60,000 bases of DNA from Lytechinus pictus. Taxonomy: Eukaryota. Below the pieces are notes generated by a model, which saw only the letters and a list, made by a program, of their open reading frames with translations, was not told the origin of the DNA and made no database searches. The DNA is taken from the NCBI RefSeq assembly GCF_037042905.1, contig NC_087245.1, positions 14,262,001-14,322,000 on the forward strand. The letters are read 5' to 3'. The translations under genes and the position numbers were made by a program. The first letter of the stretch is position 1. Each line of letters begins with the position of its first letter. Below, piece by piece: positions 15,401-26,845 of the stretch.

Positions 15401-18400
15401 TTTGATTTAATACATGCCTTTATTATATCATATAACATAATTGGATGTAGTTCATTGATTCATCAGATTTGTAAAATAGTTCAATATCATGACTAGACTG
15501 ATACATGTATATACACGTTTAATAGTTCATTTGATTCTGATCCAGCTTTTGAAAGATGGTTTTATACATGTAGTTGCCTGCCCACAAATCCTAGTGCAGC
15601 CCCTCTAACATTTGAAACTAAGAACAGTATGATTTTCTACAAAATAAAATCCAATTTATCGATTTCTTTGCATTTTCAACAGCTGCTCCTGCCTTCACCC
15701 TACCCTTGATAAACCAATCCAGTCACTTGGGTACCACCGCCACACTTTCCTGCCAGGTGTGTGGCCGGCCACGCCCCATCGTCACCTGGAGGGACCCACA
15801 GGGTGACATCATTACCCCTTCTACCAGGACCAACGTCTGGGAGAGGGACGATGGTATGGTGTTTCTAGAGATCCGGGGGAGCTGTAAGACGGATAACGGT
15901 GTCTATACGTGTACAGCGAGTAACGATGCAGGTTCTACGGAATGTAAAGCTCTTCTCAGGATAATCTGTGAGTTCTAATTGCATAGGTTTCAAAACAAAA
16001 GTGATAGGTTTCCATCTTTGAAGTTACATAATCATTTTGATTTGTTTTTATAGTAAGAGGTATAAGTTGGTTAGAAGGTACAGATTAATGATTTCTCTAC
16101 ATTAAAAGAAGTGTCATGTAAACTTGTGGTGGAGTGAGCCAAGGATATTATACCTTAATCAAAGTCTGACCCACGTTCATTAGGATTCTCCTGCCCCTGT
16201 CTTTTCCTGCAGGAAAGGTATTGTCAAAGTCATCATTATCTTTGTACAAATTTTAGGACCCAAATGGAAAAGAGAGAGTAAAAGTCATGAAGTTTTTAGT
16301 CTATGTCTTGATTTAAGAGGAATAGAAATGTACATGTATATCACATATACCAAAAGTTTTGTTTCTTATGTTGTTTCATCTGTTTTGTGCATGAATACTT
16401 TTACAAATATCTTTTTTCCTCACAAACCTTACAGATCGTCCAGGTCCACCAGGCATTCCCATTATATGTGAAAGGAGACCACACTCTGTGATATTGCAAT
16501 GGGAACCCTCACATAACACAGGCAATGCAGAAAGTGTTACATACAACGTTGATTATGCACAAATCAGTGAGTATCAATACTGATAAATAATGTCTTAGAT
16601 TTTGTAATTCTCACAAGTATATTATAGAGATAGGGACATTAGGACATTAGTCAAGTAGAAGTGTCGTGGTGTAGCAGCTTTGACTCCCGCCTTGTAATCA
16701 GAGGGTTGTGTGTTCGAATCCCACCATGGCCTAGCGCCCTTTGGCAAGGCATCAATCCACACTTTGCCACTCTCACCCAGGTGCTAATTGGGTACCAATA
16801 TGAAAAAAAACGTCAGAGTGGTTGGTTTGGCAAGTGTGCACCTAACAGACTGCCAGAAAAACTTTGAATCCAGTGACCAGTTAATAATATTGTGAAGAAC
16901 TTTGAGCAATCATAGACTGGAATCGCGCTACATGAAAGCCAATTGTTTGGGGGTTTTTTGGGAGGGGGAGGAGAAAGCAATTATAACGTTTAATGAATAT
17001 AAGTACTTATTTTTGTAAAAGATCGTCTCTGGTAGTTTATGGGAATTCAAGAATCTAGGGCCTGTTTCACAAAGAGTTACAACTATGGCAACTCGTATAG
17101 AAACCTTGATTGTGATTGGCTGCTGGGCCATGTGACGATTTTATTTACCTTTGTTTTCATATTTTCATCCTTCCTTAACTCAGTGTTAATCATTTTTATT
17201 CTCATATTGCATCTTCTTTCTATCTCCCTCTATTTTCAAACTTTCGATCTGTATTACTATTCCATCTTTCATTCTTACTTCTGACCTTTCCTCCTTCTCT
17301 CTGTCTCTCTGTTTCCTTTCCTTATCTTTCCCTTTTATATTTTTCATGGTACATGTAGTTTCACCTCTCCCTCACTTCACCCATCTTACGAAGCCTGACA
17401 AGTTTCACTCAAGGATTTTTTTTTATTTCTTCATTCTTCAGCCCACAGTACCGTTCACTGGCAGACCTCCTGTGCTAACATCGCTCACACTACTCATAAA
17501 GTGGACGGGCTGTCAGCAGGGGGATCTTACAAGTTTAGGATCACGGCTCAGAATGATGTTGGATGCAGTGATAAGGGCGAGACCACACCTGCCATCACTC
17601 TCCCAGATGATACTGGTAAGGATGATTCATTCTCTGCAGTTGACAAGGATTTCAATCTTTAAAAACAAAAGCTCCTGTTGTAGAAAAATGAATATTTTTA
17701 TTGATAGTGTTGAGTACGTTCATACTATTTAGGAAATATATTGAAATCAATAGATGCATTATAAATTATTTCATCTGTAATGCTTTGACAATCATGCAGT
17801 GACCTAAAACCGCTTAAATGTACAGGCTTAACATTTGTGTAAATATTCACATACATGCATACATACATTTCTGTTTAGAGTGAGTATGATTAACAACAAA
17901 ATAGAGTTAATTTTTTATCATTATAGTGATTTCAAAATATTACAACATACACAAATTTGTAGTTGCATTATAATAAACATTACCCAGTCATTTTGAGCAA
18001 TTTTTGTCTCACCTGCATAGCAGAGTGAGACTATAGGCGCCGCTTTTCCGACGGCGGCGGTGACGGCGTCAACACCAAATCTTAACCTGAGGTTAAGTTT
18101 TTGAAATGACAGCATAACTTAGAAAGTATATGGACCTAGTTCATGAAACTTGGCCATAAGGTTAATCAAGAATTACTGAACATCCTGCCTGAGTTTCATG
18201 TCACATGACCAAGGTCAAAGGTCATTTAGGGTCAATGAACTTAGACCATGTTGGGGGAATCAACATCAAAATCTTAACCTAAGGTTAAGTTTTTGAAATG
18301 TCATCATAACTTAGAAAATATATGGACCTAGTTCATGAAACTTATACATAAGGTTAATCAAGTATCACTGAACATCCTGCTTGAGTTTCACATCACATGA

Positions 18401-21400
18401 CCAAGGTCAAAGGTCATTTAGGGTCAATGAACTTTGGCCGAATTGGGGGTATCTGTTGAATTACCATCATAACTTTGAAAGTTTATGGATCTGATTCATG
18501 AAACTTGGACATAATAGTAATCAAGTATTACTGAACATCCTGTGCAAGTTTCAGGTCACATGATCAAGGTCAAAGGTCATTTAGGGTCAATGAACTTTGG
18601 CCAAATTGGGGTATTTGTTGAATTACAGCCATAAATTTGAAAGTGTGTTGGTCTAGTTCATAAAACTTGGACATAATAGTAATCAAGTATCACTGAACAT
18701 CCTGTGCGAGTTTCAGGTCACATGATCAAGGTCAAAGGTCATGTAAGGTCAATGAACTTTGGCCAAATTGGGGTATTTGTTGAATTGCCATCATATCTCT
18801 ATAAGTGTATTGGTCTAGTTCATAAAACGTGGAAATAAGAGTAACCAAGTATCACTGAACATCTTGTGCGAGTTATAGTAGTTTTCAAAATCAGCACTGC
18901 TGCTATATTGAATCGCGTGATGCAGGTGAGACGGCCAGAGGCATTCCACTTGTTCAATCTCATTACCACAATCCATTATCTATAAATTTGAATAGATCTG
19001 CAAAGTAATTAAAGAATTGTGTGAGCATGGCTATGAATGGGAAGATTTTTCAGGCTTATTGAAGGATGCAGACCAAACCTCTTCACTACCGAATTCTGTA
19101 ATTACCATAGGCATTGAACATGGTCAACGTGGTTCCAATATCTAATGGGTTAATCAGCAGAAGAATATGAAAAAGCATAACATATATTTAGAGGAGGAGA
19201 TTTACTAAGAATGTCAGTTTCACAGGACATGGACATGTATGTGTATAATTCTTTGTTTCCTCTCACAGCCCTTGCACGGAGAGAAAGCAACCTCTATTGG
19301 CAACATACTTGGAGTACAGATTTCAACATTACAAGAGAGCTGGGAAGGTATGATATTGAAGTGTATCAAACTCTTTACTTTTTTTCATTAGATGATTCAT
19401 TTTTATCATCAGCATCATCATCACCACCATTATCAGCAGCAACACCATCATCATCAACATCCTCTTCTACATCATCCTTATTATCACACCCACAGCCACA
19501 TTACCATCAGCATCGTTATCATCATCAACAGCACCATCCTCTTCCTCCTCCTCCCCGATCATCATCAGAAAAGCGTCACCATCATCATCACCATCCTCTT
19601 CTACATCATCCGCATTATCATGCCCACAACCACATTACCATCAACAGCACCATCCTCCTCCTCCTCCTCCCCGATCATCATCATCACCATCGTCTTCTAC
19701 ATCATCCTTATTATCACACCCACAACCACATTACCATCAGCATCGTTATCATCAACAGCACCATCCTCTTCCTCCTCCTCCCCGATCATCATCAGAAAAG
19801 CGTCACCATCATCATCACCATCCTCTTCTACATCATCCGCATTATCATGCCCACAACCACTTTACCATCAGCATCGTTATCATCAACAGCACCATCCTCC
19901 TCCTCCTCCTCCCCGATCATCATCATCACCATCCTCTTCTACATCATCCTTATTATCACACCCACAACCACATTACCATCAGCATCGTTATCATCAACAG
20001 CACCATCCTCCTCCTCCTCCTCCCCGATCATCATCATCACCATCCTCTTCTACATCATCCTTATTATCACACCCACAACCACATTACCATCAGCATCGTT
20101 ATCATCAACAGCACCATCCTCCTCCTCCTCCTCCCCGATCATCATCATCACCATCCTCTTCTACATCATCCTTATTATCACACCCACAACCACTTTACCA
20201 TCAGCATCGTTATCATCAACAGCACCATCCTCTTCCTCCTCCTCCCCGATCATCATCATCACCATCGTCTTCTACATCATCCTTATTATCACACCCACAA
20301 CCACATTACCATCAGCATCGTTATCATCAACAGCACCATCCTCCTCCTTTTTCCCCCCACCTCCTTTCCCCCTCATCATTATCATCATAACCCCAACCCT
20401 ACACCCCTCAAAATCCTTATTCTTATTATCCCAACAATCATTGTCATCATTTCAGAAGTATTCATTCAAACATTGTGCATGCTTTTCATGATGAAGTTTT
20501 ACTTCCAACTCTAAATTATAACATAAATAGATGTAATAAATTTTCGAAAATCAAACTAAGCCATGTGTAATAAACACCATATTTGTGGGGAGCAAGTGTC
20601 GATCTGTGCCCTCCTTTTTGTGAAAGCAGAACGTTTAGATATTCTTCTTAAAAACCTATTTCCACTTATAGGGGAAGGTTTTCATCCACACATGCCTGCA
20701 CCCGGTCTCAACAACAGAGAGTGCTAGCAGCAAAGTTCATCAGCAAGCGATTGATGGATCTTGAGCAGGTTCAGCATGAAGCGTCCATGATGCAGCCCCT
20801 TCAGCACCCGTTAATCTGTTCATTACATGCTACTTATGAGACTCATGGGCAGTATATCTTGGTCTTAGATCTGTGAGTATCTTGTCATTATGATACTAAA
20901 AATTAAATACATAGAATGCTTGAAGCGATTCAGTGCAATTTACAGAAAAACAAATAAATTGCAGGTTAGAGTTCCCTCAGGGTTGACCCTGCTTGAGCAA
21001 AGGCCCGCTCCCCCCCCCCCCCCATTTTATTTCTCTGACAAATTTTCTTTCAACCAATTAGATGCAAGGATATCTGTAGCATATCACAGTTGTTGGTGAC
21101 AATCGCTGGCAAAGAGCTTTGTGAAACAAGTCCTTCAAAAACTGTACTCTATGACTATTATTACAGTGGAGTAGATTGTTCTGAAGCTCATTTCAAAGCT
21201 CTAATGTTACTAATGTTGAAACTAATATGAGTTCTTATTTGCTAATCCGACATTGCAATGGAAATTTAAACTTTCACTTATTGTCATTGCTTCCTATGGA
21301 ATCAAAACGAAACTTGTGAATTCAATAATTAGTTAATATCCAACAAAGTATATATTTTTCAATAATTATAATACATGCCATTATAATTGAATATTGTACA

Positions 21401-24400
21401 TGAACTGATTCCCTCTTATATTGTATATTCCACTTTGTTAAAATTGTGCTTATGGCCAGATAAGTTTAGAGCATTTTATAATAGAACTTGTCTGACATTT
21501 TATCCAACTGTTGCCATAGTAATACAGTGCATCTGATAATCTAAGTCACGGGAATTTTATGATTACAAATATGATGAATTGCTCCCCAGATTGAAAAAAC
21601 CCATCCCCTTTTTCCCCAAATGATACAATTTAAATATTATGAATATGTTCTTATCATATCTTTAGAATTCCTGATGGTAAAATTTTGGAGTACCTGGTGA
21701 GCCTGTCTCAGGTGACCGAGAGACAGATCATTGGCTTTATTAGACAGCTGGTACAGGCAGTGAACTATCTACATTCAAATGGAATAGTCCACCTTGACAT
21801 TAAGGTTGGTATAAGGTTGGACTCATTCAGAGCCCTTCAACTTACTCCTAGTGTTCAGACATGGGGTCTGTTTCATCAAGAGTTACAACTATTGTAACTT
21901 TGCCATTATTTCAAACTGGCATGGAAACCTTGATTCTGATTGGCTGCTGATGTCTGTTACCATGGTTGTTGCCATAATGGCAAAGTTACCATAGTTATAA
22001 ACTCTGCATGAAACATGCCCTAGGTGACAAAAATTACCCCTGTTAATGAGAGAGGTCTTCAAAAAATGTCCAAGGTCACATGGACAAACCCAAGACATTG
22101 TTATGACTTGTGTTGAATAACATCACTATGATTTCATTGGGGACATGCATAATTTTCATGATGACTTATACTCATATGACTTTGTACACAAAAATATTGT
22201 TTTGCATTGTTGTGAACAAGTCTTGTGATACTCTTTATTTTCTTCATACTTCAACACAATTCCTTTTGGCATGTATCTGTCTTTTTTAGATATACCAAAG
22301 CTATCCTGTGACATTTAAATGAAATATCAACATCAGAATGGTGTGAAATTTTGAGAAAAGTAACCATGATTCTGCCTGAAACTGTCTTGTGTTATGCATA
22401 ACGTATGGGGATAGGCTCTAATTCATGTGAGAATGAGCAAGAGTTTATGATTTGGAAATCTTACACTAAGAGACTTGGCTTGTCTGATGAGGTGCAAGAT
22501 TTATACATCAAACATTATTTCTATTTGTTTGACAGCCTGAGAATGTTTTGATGGAGGTAGCATTGGGTCGAGCTCAGATTAAACTGATTGACTTTGGTGA
22601 TGCAATGGATCTTTGGTCTTCCCCACCGCCTTTCTACCATGAACTCAATGCTAACCCAGAATTCTGTGCACCGGAGCTCCTCAACGGAAATGAAATTGAT
22701 TATGGCACAGATGTATGGTAAGTCAAAGACCTTGAATTCCTAGCCCCCTCACCATGTTCCCAAAATGTTCTATTCAGTTTTATTATGAAATGCTAGACAG
22801 CTAGACTTATATATTTTTTTTGAAATATTTTTTATTTTTAAACATCAAGATGAAAATGGTAGGAATTTCACTGTCTTTCATCAAACAAAATATCTTTATG
22901 AAGAATAACTAGTTTGTAATTGGTTTTGTGTCTGATTACATGGAATAAGACTATTATACTTTGCAGGAAGTGCTTGGATACCATTATACAATATGTATAC
23001 TTTGTTGGAATAAAATATATATGTTCATGCTCATTCTTCTTGTTTAATGGAAATATTTTCATTTCTTTGATTGTAGTATTTCACTTTCTGTCTAGATTTC
23101 TTAGTATGTTTGATATTTTTTTAATAATCATATTTTCATTTCTTTTAAATTTGCAACTTTAGGAGTATTGGAGCTCTTTCCTATGTCATGTAAGTATCTT
23201 ATTACCACAAAAATCAGGAAAATGGCATTATCAGACTTCAAAGGGATTTCTTAATGTGTAAAACTGCAGAAATGTATTGCATTTTACAATCAGAGCTATC
23301 ACACAAAGAAATGATACACTTCTTCTGCCGTTACTGAATTCTGGTCATTTCCCTATTAAAGCATGTGGGAGAATTGACCTTTAATACATGTATATCTTAC
23401 AGTATTTCTCATCTATTTTTGTCTTGAGTAAAGTATTACTGTACATTGTACTTTAAGTAATTGGGATGTGCTTCCTAACTTCATTTTAAAAGAGTACAAA
23501 ACCAAATAGAAGTACCTACTTATATGGCTGTATTTGAAGTAAAAATTTGAGGGATGTACTGTATAGGGGAACACTTTTATCCCTTTGAAATAAAATTGTC
23601 TTCATTTTTCACTATGCTTCAAAGTATGGGTACCCGTGCGAAGTCAAAATTAATTGTATTTAGCTCAGAATGGTGTCTCCAAATAGTATGGGATGGAATA
23701 CTACGGGGGGTGGTATTATCCAAATAATAGTGGTAATAGATGCAAAGTGGTTAGATATGTCACTGATAAAAGTGAATTGTTGTATGTTACTATTCATAAC
23801 AATCTTTGCTTTTCACTTGTTTATTTGATTATCACAGGTTGAGTGGCGTCTCCCCGTTTCTTGATGAAAGTCTGGAGGAGACCAATATGAACATCATCCG
23901 AGTTGACTACAGCTTTCCAGATGAGTACTTCAAGAATGTCAGCCAGAATGCCAAGCATTTCATCACGGGACTGCTCCAACCAGAAACTAGGTAGGAATCC
24001 AATCTCATCGATTAACTGAGCTTTTTTTATTTTCTTCTTAAAAAATGAAGACCCACTACCAAATAGATTTATATTACACATTGTATCAAGACATAAATGA
24101 TAGTTTCTTGAATGGATGGATGATGATGATTTTCAGGAGGAGGAAGTGAAGATGGAGTTTGTATAGTAGGCAGTTTATGATGTGCTTAAACCGGAAGAGA
24201 TATTGAGATTACCAGATACTACATACTTCTTTCATTATCTACTCAGCATTCTCTCCATTAATTTCATATTTCAAGTTTGAAATGGAAGTCCAGCATTTCT
24301 GTTATGAGTTTTTGGCTTATCTTTAAGTGAAAAAATATAAGGAACTATGTTAAGAGCATTAATGATGCCATTCATCTTCTGGTTATTTTTTATGTTTTGT

Positions 24401-25328
24401 TGATATGACTGAAAGACATCATTTGCTTGATCAAACCTCATGTACTGTTTTCTCATTTATAGTGAAAGGAAGACTACATCAGAATGTTTGATGAACCATT
24501 GGTTTGCTCAGACGTACTCTTCCCAAGATGACCCCACCCTCATGCACAAAACCAGGCTAGAAGATTTCATACACAGAAGAAAAACACAGGTAATTACTAC
24601 CTAATTCTAAATAGGAAGGGAAAGGGCAGCCCCCCCCAAAAAAAAAATAATAAGAAGAAATGAATAAATGAATGAATGGATGAGATAGATAGATAGAATG
24701 AATAAAAAATTGTGCCTAAATTGCAGAAAGGGGTTGCACTTTGTAAAGAATAAAATCTTGCAAATATTTCCAGCCAAAATTTTGACCTGAGCCACGGTGA
24801 AGGTTATTTCTAAGGGCAGTTTGTGCAAAAGAAAATTAGCAAAAATAGAGATATTTAGTAGCAATAGTTGCAACTATTTTGCTTGATATAATAAGTGACT
24901 TAGAATAATTATAGTATGGAAAATGCCCCCATGTATAATTTATTCTCCCTGTCCAAGCAAGAGGGTTAAAAAGTTTTGCAACCAATATATGTAAATATAA
25001 ATCATGGTTTTTCACTTAAAATCATAATTAAAAAAAAAGATATTTTGGATTATTTCATTTGGGATTTTACTGACTGAAATATGAAGATATATACATGAAA
25101 CATAAATGCTTTAAATCTGTAGAAGCTGTAAACAATTGTAATGTATTTTCTGAAGTGTTTTGGTTTTAATGAAGATTAATTATTCTTGACGTTTTTTTTT
25201 TTGGTACCACCAGAACATATTTCAAAACTTTCCTCTTTGATTTTGTTGGTTTACATACCTTCACTTTTCGCTCTCTCTTTCTCTTATCACAGCACAACTT
25301 TGTATCAGTGAAAGTAAACAGAAGATAA
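328..25328 (+). CDS. TRIO: Trio/Kalirin-family RhoGEF-kinase gene, 3' half (5' part upstream of window); 15 spliced exons: PH2 end, linker, SH3, Ig, FN3, Ser/Thr kinase
   Basis: Exons 328-496, 750-1798, 2384-2661, 14473-14629, 15092-15119, 15683-15967, 16435-16566, 17442-17615, 19269-19347, 20672-20872, 21666-21804, 22536-22717, 23163-23189, 23838-23990, 24463-24589, plus the terminal coding segment 25293-25328. All are GT-AG with matching phases. Motifs ALQSPIAYQ, EDEICVSKGEVVQILA..EGWIPG, CQVCGRP, ELGRGRFS, HLDIKPEN, IDFGDA, LSGVSPFLDES are characteristic of Trio/Kalirin. Confidence 0.93.
750..1798 (+). CDS. TRIO: Trio/Kalirin exon: ALQSPIAYQ motif and long Ser/Lys/Pro-rich linker
   Basis: catcag|CA acceptor; open frame inside ORF 578-1858; TTT|gtgagt donor. 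Confidence 0.88.
2384..2661 (+). CDS. TRIO: Trio/Kalirin exon: second SH3 domain
   Basis: aacag|AGC; PIVEDYSAEKEDEICVSKGEVVQILAANQHNMFLVYRAADKQSPAMEGWIPGEVL; AA|gtaaga donor (phase 2). Confidence 0.93.
4826..6566 (+). CDS. Putative alternative terminal exon of Trio/Kalirin (~580 aa, acidic Ser/Cys-rich, repeat-built)
   Basis: 1.7-kb stop-free frame in AT-rich intron; ttttgtttacag|T acceptor at 4825/4826 has the same phase (2) as the SH3-exon donor. Confidence 0.55.
4860..5545 (+). repeat. Diverged 42-bp (14-aa) tandem repeat, consensus ~NLQDIE(N/T)ESLSSCS
   Basis: Recurring tcaaatc..caagatattgaaa..gag at ~42-bp spacing, roughly 15 units. Confidence 0.75.
6177..6566 (+). repeat. 66-bp (22-aa) tandem repeat x~6, EPEDS(M/T)SE(T/N)QE(S/P)KKSCLSNKLT, alternating A/B variants
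   Basis: Visible in DNA and translation. Confidence 0.9.
11422..11720 (-). mobile_element. tRNA-derived SINE
   Basis: Minus-strand head with A box (TGGCCCAGTGG) and B-box-like GGTTCACATCCC; body cacctgggttgagtgcagcacaatgtggataaa shared with the copy at 26624; (TAT)n tail. Confidence 0.8.
14473..14629 (+). CDS. TRIO: Trio/Kalirin exon: basic linker KKSWQGSLRLK...
   Basis: tttctag|G phase-2 acceptor; resembles the Trio post-SH3 SW..LRL segment; AAG|gtaaaa donor. Confidence 0.85.
14891..15035. mobile_element. Small MITE (PIF/Harbinger-like)
   Basis: TIR GGGCCCGTTGCAGAAAGAGTTGC ... GCAACTCTTTCTGCTACGGACCC, flanked by CTG on both sides. Confidence 0.7.
15092..15119 (+). CDS. TRIO: Trio/Kalirin 28-nt micro-exon (PVNASLYQP)
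   Basis: cttattctcag|...G|gtaagt; needed to convert phase 0 to phase 1 before the Ig exon. Confidence 0.8.
15683..15967 (+). CDS. TRIO: Trio/Kalirin exon: I-set Ig domain
   Basis: APAFTLPL..TATLSCQVCGRPRPIVTW..DNGVYTCTASNDAGS; caacag| acceptor and T|gtgagt donor. Confidence 0.93.
16435..16566 (+). CDS. TRIO: Trio/Kalirin exon: FN3 domain, first half
   Basis: RPGPPGIP..SVILQWEP..YNVDY; ttacag| and A|gtgagt. Confidence 0.88.
16658..16935 (+). mobile_element. tRNA-derived SINE
   Basis: Head gtgtcgtggtgtagc...gtgttcgaatcccaccatggc; related to the minus-strand copy at 41261. Confidence 0.75.
17442..17615 (+). CDS. TRIO: Trio/Kalirin exon: FN3 domain, second half
   Basis: W..S..NI.HTTHKVDGLSAGGSYKFRITAQNDVGCS; ttcttcag| and G|gtaagg. 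Confidence 0.88.
18001..18954 (+). mobile_element. Non-autonomous Helentron-like (HINE/DINE-type) element with internal 160-190-bp tandem units
   Basis: T-run, then GTCTCACCTGCA (18006-18017) inverted subterminally as TGCAGGTGAGAC (18921-18932); 4-5 internal units with tcacatgaYcaaggtcaaaggtcat; ends ...cacttgTT. Confidence 0.65.
19269..19347 (+). CDS. TRIO: Trio/Kalirin exon: start of kinase domain
   Basis: LYWQHTWSTDFNITRELGR; tcacag| and AG|gtatga. Confidence 0.88.
19400..20400. repeat. CAT/CCT-rich minisatellite, ~111-bp unit
   Basis: cctcttctacatcatcc recurs at 19933, 20044, 20155; intronic. Confidence 0.9.
20672..20872 (+). CDS. TRIO: Trio/Kalirin kinase exon (subdomains I-V)
   Basis: GRFSS..LAAKFISKR..QVQHEASMMQPLQHP..YILVLDL. 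Confidence 0.92.
21666..21804 (+). CDS. TRIO: Trio/Kalirin kinase exon (to HLDIK)
   Basis: IPDGKILEYL..AVNYLHSNGIVHLDIK|gttggt. Confidence 0.92.
21863..22020. mobile_element. Small MITE
   Basis: Imperfect TIR GGGTCTGTTTCATCAAGAGTTACAACT ... AGTTATAACTCTGCATGAAACATGCCC; partial related copy near 17058. Confidence 0.6.
22536..22717 (+). CDS. TRIO: Trio/Kalirin kinase exon (PEN, DFG, APE)
   Basis: PENVLM..IKLIDFGDA..NPEFCAPELL..TDVW. Confidence 0.93.
23163..23189 (+). CDS. TRIO: Trio/Kalirin 27-nt kinase micro-exon (SIGALSYVM)
   Basis: ctttag|G...AT|gtaagt; completes DVWSIG...YVMLSG. Confidence 0.9.
23838..23990 (+). CDS. TRIO: Trio/Kalirin kinase exon (LSGVSPFLDES...)
   Basis: LSGVSPFLDESLEETNMNIIRVDYSFPDEYF..AKHFI..LL. 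Confidence 0.93.
24463..24589 (+). CDS. TRIO: Trio/Kalirin exon: kinase end and tail
   Basis: ERKTTSECLMNHWF..TRLEDFIHRRKTQ|gtaatt. Confidence 0.88.
25293..25328 (+). CDS. TRIO: Trio/Kalirin last coding segment (HNFVSVKVNRR*)
   Basis: Strong pyrimidine tract + cacag|; TAA at 25326-25328; candidate AATAAA at 27649. Confidence 0.7.
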   Translation, partial: HNFVSVKVNRR

Positions 25329-26623
25329 CACAGACATCCACCTTGGCAATGTCGATTGCAATTAGAACTTTACTCTCTCAAACCAAGCTGCAATATCAAC
25401 CCACCTGGTAATTGGACTCGTCGCCAATTGTAAGCAGCTGGTTCCTCTCCAAAGCCCATGGGAGTAATAGAATTCAGTAGTCTATGCGTTCATGTACGAT
25501 TCTCTGATGATGATGATGATGCATTCTGGGACTAGTAGTGAGTTTTTACGTGCATCCTCCCTTGCAATTTCTCTGCAGAGCATTCTTTCATGTGGAGTAC
25601 TGCTCTTTGATGAATATCAAGCCACAAGGAATGTGAATCGATTGTTTTCATAACTTAAGATATTGGACATTGTGAAGGATAGCTGTGATGATGATGTTGC
25701 GCTTGGGACTAGGAGTGAGTATCCTCTCTTCCAATTGCTCTGGAGAGCAGCTCTGGAAAGCATTCTTTCATGTGGAATACTGCTCTTTGATGAACATCTA
25801 GACACAAGGAATGTGGCTGGGTTTGTTTTCAGAACTACTGTATTGGACTTTGTGAAGGATAGCTCATTCGATAAAGGAGTGGGTTTTGTCATCTCACGAA
25901 CTGGCTTCAAGATCTGTGCACTTTGACAAGGGATTTTATTCATCTTCAATAATCAGGCTCCTCGGAAAGGAGGCAGAGGTATAAATCCTGTTATGCTTAG
26001 TCACGCTAATGAAACCAATTTATTTGAGTCGTGATACACAGTGAATTATGAACTTATACAGTAGTTAATACTTTTTTCTGTGCTATGCTGCAATATTATT
26101 GTTAGTTTGGAAAAAAATAGCAAGATTCCCTTGAAATTCTTCTCTCTGCCATTATCTGTATTTTTGTAATATTGCATGATTTTTTTTTTTTACATTCAAT
26201 ACACAGTAGTCTCATTATTTGTGTAGGTTGTGGTTTAGCCTGCATATCAAACTTGTTAAAAGCTATTAGAGTAATTTGTATTATAGGAATACAAGAAACT
26301 ATGCACACCAATTTATTTTGAGGTACATGTAGTTCTTATCGTTATCCATATCCATCACGATTACCAAAGAATTTTTATTTATATATTATATCTTCTGTAT
26401 CCAATAAATGTAATTATTTTGTATTTTTTTAATTAAGTTATGAATGCAAAGCACATCCACCTATTCTTGTGAGAGAAGTTGGCCATGTTTTCAGTAGTTC
26501 TCCCACCATTCCCCATGGAAAACCAGGCCACATTAAATGATTATACTGCATATTTTATCACTGGCTGGTTGTACTTTGTTTGGCACCTTCCCAGCAAGAA
26601 TTCTCACATTCATCTTCCTTTTA

Positions 26624-26845
26624 TGATAATAATAATAGCGGCATATTTACCCAGGGTAGCCACTTCAGTTCCGAAAACTGTTCTCCCAGCGGGCCATGCT
26701 ATTATTACCCCGGCTTTAGCATGGCTACCTTTATCGGGCGCTCGAGCATTCGAGGAATTTCTTCCTACCGGGTACTCATTCACCTCACCTGGGTCGAGTG
26801 CAGCACAATGTGGATAAATTTCTTGCTGAAGGAAATTACGCCATG
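26624..26845 (-). mobile_element. Head-truncated SINE, same family as 11422 copy, in putative Trio 3'UTR
   Basis: Shares attaccccggct...cacctcacctgggtcgagtgcagcacaatgtggataaatttcttgctgaaggaaa with 11510-11640. Confidence 0.75.

Noticed and set aside
19211..20491. 426-aa and 332-aa His/Ser/Ile-rich ORFs
   Set aside because: Products of the CAT/CCT minisatellite; only 19269-19347 is a real exon, bounded by splice sites.
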